Of a stretch of DNA of 25,642 nucleotides, positions 9,419 through 18,107 are shown one piece after another. Numbering within the stretch: position 1 is the first letter of the stretch; each line of letters opens with the position of its first letter. Source of the DNA: a virus (Duplodnaviria > Caudoviricetes); IMG/VR virus record IMGVR_UViG_3300012862_000025, positions 1 to 25,642 of that record, one strand, 5' to 3'. The position numbers were made by a program, and so were the translations under genes. The notes under the pieces were generated by a model. It worked only from the letters and a program-made list of their open reading frames with translations, was not told the DNA's origin and did no database searches.

Positions 9419-9925
9419 TTAGTAACTTGTTTTAACCATCATTTTTTTATTATTGATCACAATGTATCTTCCTGAATTGTCCACGAGGTATTTAAATACA
9501 TAACCCTTGTTATGATTGCATTCCAAGCGCAACACAAAGCGAGCTGAAGTGGAGGAACCTAGATCGACATTGATAAAGTTCCAAGATGCTACACCTTTGT
9601 ACCGCAATCGGAACGCTTCACCCCAATCAATTACTTGCAGGTCAAATTCACCGTTAAAATCAATCAGAGACAAAAAGTCCTTTTTCTTTTTTCGGTAATC
9701 AACCATATTAGAAGCCGTAATCAGAAACGGAACTTCAAAAGTTTGAGTTTGATAAACGACAGGTGATTCCGTATCGTAGTCACGTCCACTCTGATCAGAC
9801 CATTCGTTGTAAAAAGGTTCTTTAGGTGTAGGTGGAATTTCAAAAACCTGCAACCCGCCATCTTCAAGATAAACACCAAAGGCGTCCCTAAGATCAAACC
9901 CATTTATCAAGACACTAACCGCCAT
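9419..9925 (-). CDS. Putative distal tail (Dit-like) protein
   Basis: 168 aa directly after TMP; INGFDLRDAFGV..PPTPKEP..W..G.D pattern. Confidence 0.6.
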   Translation of the reverse strand: MAVSVLINGFDLRDAFGVYLEDGGLQVFEIPPTPKEPFYNEWSDQSGRDYDTESPVVYQTQTFEVPFLITASNMVDYRKKKKDFLSLIDFNGEFDLQVIDWGEAFRLRYKGVASWNFINVDLGSSTSARFVLRLECNHNKGYVFKYLVDNSGRYIVINNKKMMVKTSY

Positions 9926-12900
9926 ATTTGCCCCCTTTCGTATTGGTATTAATTGCCTTCAGCTCTGTAACTGCATTCTTTAACTCGGTCACGGTATTAG
10001 CTGTATTATCCCTGATTTCCTCCTGAACTTTCAAACTCTGTACAAGTGTCCTGTAAGTGCTTTGAATGAAGTCTAAGGATTTTTGGATTAGCTGATACTT
10101 TTGTTTGTTCAGATCATAGTCAGCACGGTTTATTCCCATGAGTTCCGTACCTGTTTGCTCTGAAATACGTTCAATACCTGAAGTCGCTAAAGAGTTAGAA
10201 GAACTGGTTGTATTAAAGATGTCCAACCCTTGCTGTTTAGCTGCTTCCTTTGCTGCTTCCATCCATTTGTAGTAATTCTCACCAGCTGAACCAGCATCCT
10301 TCAGGAATTGAGCAAAAACATCAATTACATCACCTTCCTCACCAAACAACAAAGTGTCTGTCAATTGATCTTCAAATTGTTTAAAGATTTCATCAAACGC
10401 TTTGGAGAATAAGAGCTGTGACATCATGTCCTCCAAAACCTTGTTGACGGTTTTACCCATTGCCAAAGCAGCCGATTCACCTTGTTTAAAGTATTCAACA
10501 AGGTTATTACGCATATCAGAACCCAACGACCCTGTAAGCTCCTGAACCACTTCTTTTATTTGCGCCCTAGCTTCCTCAATCTTTTCAATCCATTCAAGAA
10601 CACCCTCGATCATTTGCTTGGTGTTCGCATCGACCGCCTTATCATTGTTTAAAGACGTAAGCAAAGCTTTTACATCCCTTAAATCTTGTGGCTCTGACGA
10701 TGTCAGCACGTCCGCAACCTCTTTAGGCAGATTGGTATATAAGTCCTCATACTTTGGCTTTTTCTTTTTACCTCCAAACAGCCCGATTATACCACCTACT
10801 ACAGCACCAATAGCAGCACCAATTGGAGCGGTTAACCAAGAGAATATACCAGCACCAGCAATACCGCCAATTGTCGCTCCGATTGTAGCACCACTTGCAG
10901 CACCTTTACCTACATTCTTCCAGTCAACTGCATTTTCCAAGCCCTTAGATATCTTGCCATCTCTTGCCAATTTCTGTACAGCTGTCTGATAATTTTTAAT
11001 CGCATCTTCAGCTGCAAGCATACCGTCCTTCATACGCCCAACATAATCCTTCAGATACACGCTTTCACCCAATTCGGACTGCAAACGTATCTGATCATTC
11101 AGGCTCATGTTGTATTCACGCTGAAGGTCAATGATAGCACTGTAATATTCCTCTTCAGCCTGTTTGCGTTCAGCAGCCGCATTAGCTACCATGCTGATCA
11201 GATCAATTGCTGAACTTATTGCAGCTGCATACTTTTCAGTATCATTTGCATTCTTATCGAAAGCAACTGATAAATTATCAATACCATTAGCCAAGCCTGA
11301 AAGAAATTGACCAGCATTGCTAATTAGGCTGTTTCCAAACGCATCACCTAAATTTGAAAGACTTTCACCAAGTTGGCTAACTGAAAACGCTATCCTCTGA
11401 AGAAGCTGAAGCATATTGCTCAAACCATCTTGATTGATTTGGTCAATTTCCTCCTGAGTTTCCTGAAGCTTATCATTAACCGCTTTAATTTCCTCTGCAC
11501 TCGCTCCAACCTTTTTTAAACGCACCAATTCATCAGCAAGCTTTCTGTACTGCTTTTGAAGATTTGCGAGCGTTGCAGCTCTAGCACCAAGTTTAGCAGT
11601 AGATTGAGCATTTGTTAATGCTGATTCTAGTTCATTGCGGAATTGTGGTGTTAAATCTTCACGAGCCAGCAGGTCTTTAATAACCTTGATTTGTGCACGA
11701 ATACCAGCCGTTGTAATAACTAATTGCTGTTTAGCTGCTTGAATCAGGATTCGGTTTTTCCTAGCTTCAGTTTCGTTCAACTGGTCAATTTCATCCTGTC
11801 TAGCCTGTTTAAGAAGTTCCTTTTTTTCTTCTGACATCTGTTCACCTTGTGCTTTGTATAGCCTTTGGTATTTTTCATTGATGTCTGCAAGATTATCACC
11901 GTATGTTTTGGTAAGATTAAACGATTCTAAAAAGGCTTTATCCTCCAAAGATTGCTTACTTTGGTTGTATTCTTTTAGAAGCTCTAAAAGCTTGTTTAAC
12001 CGTTCCGTTTCAGCTCCTGTCAATCCAACCGTGAACTGCTTACCCTGCAAGGCATTGATCTCACCAGTTACATCACGGTAATAGTTCTTTATCTTAGAAA
12101 GGTCTGAAGAAAAACGTTTGTCAGCTTCCTTTTCACTCGATGAAGTTTTAAATTCCTCATATTCCTGAACCAGCTTTTTACGTTCATTCAGTGATTCTGA
12201 AAGCTTATTCGTTTCATGCCTATACCTCAGGTCACTCATTGCCCTTTGCTCAATAGGATCAACAGCAGAAACGTCAATCAGATCAATCGGAGACTTTTTG
12301 TTTTTGGCATTGTACTCAGCAATCTTTTTGTTTTCGTCCTGAAGCACATGTCTGAGATCAGCAAACTTTTGCTTTAATGCCTCAATCTCCTGTTGATCGT
12401 TTTCAAATGACTTAACCCTGTATTCAGCATCAATCTCCTGAATTTTTTCAAGGGCTTCCTTTCTGATGTTGACAATACGCTTGTAAGCATTCTCTATGGC
12501 AGTGTTATTGACTTTTGGTGTTTTAGGATCATCACCGAAAACAGATATTCCCATTTTACCAGCGATCTCAGAAGCTTTTTTAAGAAAGTTGTCAGCAATT
12601 TTGGTTTGTGCATCTTCTGTTTTCTTAGCTTCAGATATTGCAGCGTCACGGGTTGCATTACCCATCCGCTCCATATCTTTTTTCGCCTGTGCCTCAGCCT
12701 GCTTAACATCATAACGCATACCCTGACCACCAAGTCCTGGCATTCTGTTCAGACCATCAACAAATTTTTGCCAGCCAGTCAAAGATTCTTCAGCAGTTTT
12801 TATTCTAGCTTGCTCAGCTTCATAAGCTCCTTTAGCAGCCTCCTGTAATGCGATGTTAGCAGCTGCTTTGTACATCGTCATCTTGACATAATTCTGCGCA

Positions 12901-13910
12901 TTGTCGATTAGGAAGCTTTCTACATCGTGTAGGGTTTTAACTTCACCTGTAGTCTTTCCAATGGTTTTATTGTATTCCTGTACGACTGCCTTCTTTGACA
13001 CAAAACCTTTTTTCGCTAAGTCAACCGCTATTTCAAGCCTTTTCACATTTTGCACCGCTGTAGTGTATTCCGTACCAGCTAAAGAATTATGAAGGGCTTT
13101 ATTCGCTTCCTCCAACGCATTGATTTCTTTCTTAGCCCCAAATAGACCTTTGATCCATTGACCGATTTCCTTACCATAGGTTGTCATCAGGACAATACCG
13201 ACCATCATTGCCGTTTGCCAACTAAGTAAAGCTGATCCTAATTCCTTCCAGACCGATTTACCTTTTTTACCCGATGCTACAAGAGCTTCATTCTCTTTTT
13301 TTACCCGAATAATTTCATCAGCGAAAATTGGAAGGTTGTTTGATATTGCTATCGCAAACGTCTGAAAGCCGTATGTCATGGCTGGAAGTTCCCTAGTTAA
13401 TTGATTGACGGAATTTTGCAGACCGTTCCAAGAACCACCTATGTTTTGACCTTTGGTAAGCTTTGATATTTCGGAGTTGATCAATCCTAGCTTTTGGCTG
13501 TACTTTTCCAAGTTAGCTGGGTTGGTAGCTTCCAACATTCCTTTTTCGTAAAGCTGGGCTGCACGGTATAAACGCTGTAAAATACCCTCATTAGAAAGCA
13601 TTGCATTCCCATGAGAATCAAAACCAGCTCGACCAGCCCGACCGACACGTACAAGCTCCTGTTCATAACGCTGAAGCTCTTTGTTTATGGAAGCGACCGA
13701 CATAACGGAATTAGCTTTTTCAGCCTCATTCTTCAGTTCAGCCATACGTCTCCGCAACCGTTCCAAAATCCCTTCACGTTCTTTCAGCGGAGCATTACCG
13801 CCCTTAGCTTCATCGTTGACGGATTTGACACCTTTGCGGATATCATCCGTTTCACGCTTTGCTTCAGGCGTATTAAATCTAAATTCTATATCTAATTGTC
13901 CGTCACTCAT
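9915..13910 (-). CDS. Tail tape measure protein
   Basis: 1331 aa, helical A/E/K/L/Q-rich. NGLQNSVNQLTRELPA..AISNNLPIFAD motif and a glycine-zipper hydrophobic segment. Follows the chaperone genes. Confidence 0.9.
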   Translation of the reverse strand: MSDGQLDIEFRFNTPEAKRETDDIRKGVKSVNDEAKGGNAPLKEREGILERLRRRMAELKNEAEKANSVMSVASINKELQRYEQELVRVGRAGRAGFDSHGNAMLSNEGILQRLYRAAQLYEKGMLEATNPANLEKYSQKLGLINSEISKLTKGQNIGGSWNGLQNSVNQLTRELPAMTYGFQTFAIAISNNLPIFADEIIRVKKENEALVASGKKGKSVWKELGSALLSWQTAMMVGIVLMTTYGKEIGQWIKGLFGAKKEINALEEANKALHNSLAGTEYTTAVQNVKRLEIAVDLAKKGFVSKKAVVQEYNKTIGKTTGEVKTLHDVESFLIDNAQNYVKMTMYKAAANIALQEAAKGAYEAEQARIKTAEESLTGWQKFVDGLNRMPGLGGQGMRYDVKQAEAQAKKDMERMGNATRDAAISEAKKTEDAQTKIADNFLKKASEIAGKMGISVFGDDPKTPKVNNTAIENAYKRIVNIRKEALEKIQEIDAEYRVKSFENDQQEIEALKQKFADLRHVLQDENKKIAEYNAKNKKSPIDLIDVSAVDPIEQRAMSDLRYRHETNKLSESLNERKKLVQEYEEFKTSSSEKEADKRFSSDLSKIKNYYRDVTGEINALQGKQFTVGLTGAETERLNKLLELLKEYNQSKQSLEDKAFLESFNLTKTYGDNLADINEKYQRLYKAQGEQMSEEKKELLKQARQDEIDQLNETEARKNRILIQAAKQQLVITTAGIRAQIKVIKDLLAREDLTPQFRNELESALTNAQSTAKLGARAATLANLQKQYRKLADELVRLKKVGASAEEIKAVNDKLQETQEEIDQINQDGLSNMLQLLQRIAFSVSQLGESLSNLGDAFGNSLISNAGQFLSGLANGIDNLSVAFDKNANDTEKYAAAISSAIDLISMVANAAAERKQAEEEYYSAIIDLQREYNMSLNDQIRLQSELGESVYLKDYVGRMKDGMLAAEDAIKNYQTAVQKLARDGKISKGLENAVDWKNVGKGAASGATIGATIGGIAGAGIFSWLTAPIGAAIGAVVGGIIGLFGGKKKKPKYEDLYTNLPKEVADVLTSSEPQDLRDVKALLTSLNNDKAVDANTKQMIEGVLEWIEKIEEARAQIKEVVQELTGSLGSDMRNNLVEYFKQGESAALAMGKTVNKVLEDMMSQLLFSKAFDEIFKQFEDQLTDTLLFGEEGDVIDVFAQFLKDAGSAGENYYKWMEAAKEAAKQQGLDIFNTTSSSNSLATSGIERISEQTGTELMGINRADYDLNKQKYQLIQKSLDFIQSTYRTLVQSLKVQEEIRDNTANTVTELKNAVTELKAINTNTKGGKYGG

Positions 13911-14130
13911 TGTTTGGTATTTGGTAGCTCATCAAAGCCCTTTAATTTTTGTTTCTTTTTACCGCTTGAACGCTGTACTCTTGGAGCATCAGCCAGCATC
14001 ATTCTGATATTGATCCAGCTTCTTTTATAAAGTATTTCATCCCAACTGCATCCAGTTTCTTTTTGTGCTGTTATAATTGTTCCCCAAAGGCTATGTAGAC
14101 CAACGGTCTTTAACTCCTCTGACTTTTTCT
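13907..14130 (-). CDS. Tail assembly chaperone extension (gpT-like), probably reached by -1 frameshift
   Basis: Open -1 frame overlapping the end of 14110..14592 and abutting TMP (GLHSLWG..W..I..MMLADAPR). The track's ATG at 14281 would overlap the upstream gene by 172 nt. Confidence 0.6.
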
Positions 14131-14592
14131 TTGGCTCGGATCGTTTGGTTTCGTCAGTCTCATCCCCTCTAACAATCCGATAGTATTCATAAAATCCTCT
14201 AGCCCTCCAAGCGTGATGATATGCATGATGTTCAAGAGAACGGAAAAAGGATAATGTTTTAATAATTGTTTTGCCAGCCATTTTCCGACCAACCAGTTTC
14301 TTTTCCGACCTCGTAAAATGCCAATAGCGAGAATGCGACCGACCGTAAACCCATGATTTACCCTATACTTTAAACCATCTTCCACACTCATTTGCTCAAA
14401 GTCAACATCAGTTATCCCCATCTGCAAACGAAGTTTTGTTATACGCAAACAAACAGATGCAGTTGGATCGTGTAGAACAAGCGGAATCGTTTTGATTCCC
14501 AACAGCCTTAAAAAAAAGGGGGCAGGGATATCTAACCTGACCCCTTCTTCTAATATGGTCTGTGCTGCCTGTATTTCAGTAGCTGCCTCCAT
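14110..14592 (-). CDS. Tail assembly chaperone (lambda gpG-like by position)
   Basis: 160 aa between the tail tube and TMP, with an overlapping -1 ORF. Confidence 0.65.
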   Translation of the reverse strand: MEAATEIQAAQTILEEGVRLDIPAPFFLRLLGIKTIPLVLHDPTASVCLRITKLRLQMGITDVDFEQMSVEDGLKYRVNHGFTVGRILAIGILRGRKRNWLVGKWLAKQLLKHYPFSVLLNIMHIITLGGLEDFMNTIGLLEGMRLTKPNDPSQRKSQRS

Positions 14593-14595
14593 AAC

Positions 14596-15105
14596 TTACG
14601 GTGCTGTTGCTGTTCCGATGATCTCAGGAGCAATACCAGCCTTTTTAGGTTGCAATACCGTCCAGCGCAATTCAATATGATTAGGCTCACCTACACGGAA
14701 ACGACCGATAACCTTAGCATTGATTCGACAACGAGGATATGTATAAGGCATACCTTTGCCATCGATAATCTGAATAGCTTTTTCGATGTTTGGCGTGCCT
14801 GAAGGAGCATGGTACTGGCCAGCAACTACAGTTCCTCCCAATAGATCAGCTCCAACCTCAGCAGTAACCTTGATCAGGTTTGCCACACCAGTTCTAAGAC
14901 CTGCTTTTAATGAGGTTTCTAATGGCGTGGATTCGCCTTGTGCATAAAATGCATTCTCGGTCGGATCAGCCTGAGTGATTTCAATAGTATCTTCATGCAC
15001 TTTCCCTGGGGATGTGAAGGCAGTCGCTAAACCTCCATCTGCTGGAATGTCGGCAATCTTAAAGCCGTCAATCTCCATATCATAGCTTACTTCGTCTCTA
15101 AACAT
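14596..15105 (-). CDS. Major tail tube protein
   Basis: 169 aa, beta/Gly-rich, immediately before the chaperones and TMP; shares its leader with the capsid gene. Confidence 0.65.
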   Translation of the reverse strand: MFRDEVSYDMEIDGFKIADIPADGGLATAFTSPGKVHEDTIEITQADPTENAFYAQGESTPLETSLKAGLRTGVANLIKVTAEVGADLLGGTVVAGQYHAPSGTPNIEKAIQIIDGKGMPYTYPRCRINAKVIGRFRVGEPNHIELRWTVLQPKKAGIAPEIIGTATAP

Positions 15106-15148
15106 GATTTTAAATAGTTTTAAAAGGGTTTTAAAAGTTTGTTAATTA
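15106..15148 (-). repeat. 43-bp leader repeat, copy before the tail tube gene
   Basis: 41/43 identical to 18049-18091. Confidence 0.9.
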
Positions 15149-15661
15149 ATCGTTTGGTAAAGTGATTTCGTCGCCTACTTTCACGCCTTGCTCTACCAAT
15201 TCAGGATTATTTAGAAGATCCTCTTCAGTAACGATATGCTTTTTATCCTCCTGATTTTCGCTAGGATTTTCAGTTTTTGCCAACTCAGCTTTTTTATCAG
15301 CAATAGCAGCCTGAAGCTTTTCTAAACCTAAATTGTGATGTGGCTTGGTATCAAAAAGCTCAATGTATTCCTTTACCAGAGCATCACGATCAGCTTCAGA
15401 AGATCCATTACCTAAAACTGGTTCAATGTTACCTTCTGATAGAACTTCTTTAAGTTTTTCAACTATTTTACTAGCAGAGCCATGACGATGATAAACTTCA
15501 ACAGTTCTATCTTTTAGCTTTTTCTTCCAGTCTTGTGCATAATGATCCGCACTGAAAACATTGCCATCAGAAGTGATGTAACAGGTGTTTTTATTACTGT
15601 TCTTTAGATTGGCAAAAAACGCCTTGGCTTCTTGCTCAAATTTTTTATTATTATCTGCCAT
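15146..15661 (-). CDS. Hypothetical phage protein with a small helical (HeH-like) motif and an acidic C-terminal motif
   Basis: Likely start MADNNKK at 15661, overlapping the spanin stop. Contains RDALVKEYIELFDTKPHHNLGLEKLQAAI and HIVTEEDLLNNPELVEQGVKVGDEI. Confidence 0.7.
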   Translation of the reverse strand: MADNNKKFEQEAKAFFANLKNSNKNTCYITSDGNVFSADHYAQDWKKKLKDRTVEVYHRHGSASKIVEKLKEVLSEGNIEPVLGNGSSEADRDALVKEYIELFDTKPHHNLGLEKLQAAIADKKAELAKTENPSENQEDKKHIVTEEDLLNNPELVEQGVKVGDEITLPND

Positions 15662-16184
15662 AAATCTTTTTATACAGTTTGAAGGCTCCATACCCGACAA
15701 ATCCCAAAAGGATCACTCCGAATATTTTGCCCAGATTGATAAATACTTTTTGAAAGAAGGTTAATTCTCGCTCGACTGGAACATTTACATATTGAGTTTC
15801 CTTTGTACTCAATTCCGTCACCAGTTCTTCAATACGAGCATGCAATTCAAGGTTCTCGGTTTGACAGTCAACCATCAATTGTCCTAAATCGTCCAATTTG
15901 ACTTTAGGAGCTTGCAACTGATTTTTTCCAGCACTTGAAATGGGATTCTTCAATACTGGTTTATTGTTCACACATTCAATCCAAGCCCTGTAATAAGAGC
16001 TATCCGCTTCAACCTCGATCACTGTATCACGAACTGTTTTTGTGACCAGCTTTTCTACTTCAACCGTTTTTGTTGATGGGATTGTGATGGCTTGTTTGCT
16101 TTTGCATCCGATACACATCGCAATGATTGCCACGATTGCGAAAACTGAAATCTTCAATTTTATAGTCGAAATTCTTCCTTTCAT
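15651..16184 (-). CDS. Putative unimolecular spanin (lipoprotein with a C-terminal TM helix)
   Basis: Signal peptide ending MCIG-C27, C-terminal IFGVILLGFVGYGAF followed by a basic tail; follows the holin and lysin. Confidence 0.6.
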   Translation of the reverse strand: MKGRISTIKLKISVFAIVAIIAMCIGCKSKQAITIPSTKTVEVEKLVTKTVRDTVIEVEADSSYYRAWIECVNNKPVLKNPISSAGKNQLQAPKVKLDDLGQLMVDCQTENLELHARIEELVTELSTKETQYVNVPVERELTFFQKVFINLGKIFGVILLGFVGYGAFKLYKKIYGR

Positions 16185-16585
16185 GCTACAATTAGTTTAA
16201 AGCCTTTCGGGGCAAGTTTTAAAATTCTGTCTAACGTTATCCTACTGGATGTCACATCAAGGCTGCCATCACCATTGATGTCCTTAAATTCCGAACCTAC
16301 AAGGATGCACCCTAAAATTTGAGTGTGATAATTTCCAGTGTGGATCAGGATATAAGTCCTGTTAGGCACATCTAAAATGTGGTAATGCTTAGAAAACTTT
16401 GGAGATGTGCGAGGAACGACATTGTATGTACCTGAAGGAATACACGACTTTTGAAACTCATTGTTCTTCCACGGAAGCTCCAATGTTTTACATTTCATCA
16501 GTACCGTTCCTTTATCATCTTTTAGGATAAGTTCACCTAGTGTCTGTTTATCCGTTTTAATGGTTCTGTTAATTTGTGCTATCAT
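16181..16585 (-). CDS. DUF5675-like protein, probable endolysin
   Basis: TLGEL, TLELPW, CIPSGTY, ILIHTGN and GCILVG motifs; lies between the holin and spanin. Confidence 0.8.
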   Translation of the reverse strand: MIAQINRTIKTDKQTLGELILKDDKGTVLMKCKTLELPWKNNEFQKSCIPSGTYNVVPRTSPKFSKHYHILDVPNRTYILIHTGNYHTQILGCILVGSEFKDINGDGSLDVTSSRITLDRILKLAPKGFKLIVA

Positions 16586-16883
16586 AGCCCTGTTCCTTCT
16601 GTACCTTTTTTATTTGCTTCAACTCACTCAAAAGCCTTGCATTATCACGTCTGAGCGTTCCTATTTCTAGCTGTAGATTTTGAATCTGTAAACTTTGCTC
16701 TGCCAGCTCTTTTTTTAAATCCTGAGCTATTTCACGCCAAATAGCAACCGCCTTTTCAACTGATTCTAATTCGCTCTGAACGGCTTCAGCTGTTTGTTTA
16801 CGTCTTCCAAAAAACCAACCTGAAAAAGCCCCAGCGATGCTAGTAATGAGAGGAATCAAAAGCGATTCTATTAGTTGCTCCAT
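16569..16883 (-). CDS. Putative holin (one TM helix plus coiled coil)
   Basis: LLIPLITSIAGAFSGWFFG-RRK followed by a heptad region; overlaps the lysin start. Confidence 0.6.
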   Translation of the reverse strand: MEQLIESLLIPLITSIAGAFSGWFFGRRKQTAEAVQSELESVEKAVAIWREIAQDLKKELAEQSLQIQNLQLEIGTLRRDNARLLSELKQIKKVQKEQGYDSTN

Positions 16884-16898
16884 TTGCTAAGGATTAGA

Positions 16899-16925
16899 AG
16901 CGGGTCGCACGAAGCGTCCCCGCTA
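16899..16925 (-). terminator. GC-rich stem-loop after the capsid gene (weak terminator or mRNA stabiliser)
   Basis: Minus strand AGCGGGGACGC-TTCGT-GCGACCCGCT with only a poor U tail. Confidence 0.55.
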
Positions 16926-16942
16926 TTGGTTTGGATGATTAA

Positions 16943-18046
16943 TTATGCTGCTGGCACTTGTTTTACCACACAAACACCGTCAAATTTTTCACGTTTTGCC
17001 CTTGCTCCAGCACGAACCAAGAATGAATAAATATCACCGTAGTAAGTTGCATCGTTTAGGTTTTCAAAGAATTTGATATCACCTAAAGCAAATTCAACGT
17101 TATTGCCGTTGTACAAAAGAATTCCTTCCACATCGGTTGTAGCAGCTTCAGCAGTCAAAGGCTTGAACGCACCTGCTGCATTCAACAATAACACTGTTGA
17201 GCGTGTGAAAATCTTAAAGCCCTGGGCTTTGTACATGACACCATTACGGCGTTCCTCTTCTGTTACGCTTGCCATGTAAGTAGCGGTAACTTGACTGTCA
17301 GCAGGGAACATTTGCGCCTCAGCTTCAGCTGTAATTACTGCATACATTTGACCTTCACGCCATGTGCCTTGACGGATAAAGAATGATCTTGCACGTTGTA
17401 AATCCTTCAGACTATAAGCCTTGACCTGTGCAGTAGCTGTTGGAGCTGTAGGATCAACTGCAACTCCTTCAGTAGGCAAAATACTAGTTGCTGGAAGATT
17501 GGTTGTCGTTCCAATAGAAGCCGTAACAGTGGACAGTAGCACGTCCTCAGCAACATTCTGATTTAGGTTCGCCTGTTCATCTTGAAGCACGGATTGACGT
17601 TTATCATAAGAAAGCTCTACTGTATCTGCATTCGGGATCAAGATCGGATCAGACGTGTACTCATTGATTTCATACGATGTCGGAATATCTGTACGAGTTT
17701 TAACGGTCGCTGGTAATGAACTTCTGTTTTTGACCACATCGCCAGCCCTTCCAGCTTGAGGAATGTGTACAGTTGTTCCGTTGATATTTTCCTTGTCAGC
17801 CTTTGAGAATGAATTAAGGAAAGTATTGTTCTTGTACAGGTTGTTTTGGATGTCCTTTGTCCAAATCTCTTTTTGGATAGCCATAAACAATGCAGCTTCA
17901 GGAGACTTGACGAATCCCAAAACAATACCTAAGACAATACCTACAGGAACGGAATAAACAATGTTCACACCTATCAAGGCAAACAACAACGCCACAACCA
18001 ACACATTGTACAAAAGGTTAAGCGGTTTGAATTCTAAATTTCTCAT
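16943..18046 (-). CDS. Major capsid protein (with a hydrophobic N-terminal extension)
   Basis: Follows the protease. MAIQKEIW..TVHIPQAG..ELSYDKRQS..YGDIYSFLVRAG pattern. Internal Met55 at 17884. Confidence 0.82.
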   Translation of the reverse strand: MRNLEFKPLNLLYNVLVVALLFALIGVNIVYSVPVGIVLGIVLGFVKSPEAALFMAIQKEIWTKDIQNNLYKNNTFLNSFSKADKENINGTTVHIPQAGRAGDVVKNRSSLPATVKTRTDIPTSYEINEYTSDPILIPNADTVELSYDKRQSVLQDEQANLNQNVAEDVLLSTVTASIGTTTNLPATSILPTEGVAVDPTAPTATAQVKAYSLKDLQRARSFFIRQGTWREGQMYAVITAEAEAQMFPADSQVTATYMASVTEEERRNGVMYKAQGFKIFTRSTVLLLNAAGAFKPLTAEAATTDVEGILLYNGNNVEFALGDIKFFENLNDATYYGDIYSFLVRAGARAKREKFDGVCVVKQVPAA

Positions 18047-18048
18047 TT

Positions 18049-18091
18049 GATTTTAAATAGTTTTAAAGGGGTTTTAAAAGTGTGTTAATTA
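18049..18091 (-). repeat. 43-bp leader repeat, copy before the capsid gene
   Basis: 41/43 identical to 15106-15148. Confidence 0.9.
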
Positions 18092-18107
18092 CTGCTTGAT
18101 TTGTGGT

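Noticed and set aside
14131-14281. Independent ATG start for the 124-aa ORF
   Set aside because: It would overlap the chaperone gene by 172 nt; a G/GT frameshift arrangement is more parsimonious.
15106-18091. 43-bp repeat read as a CRISPR repeat or att site
   Set aside because: Only two copies ~2.9 kb apart, both fixed at start codons, with no spacers, cas genes or integrase.
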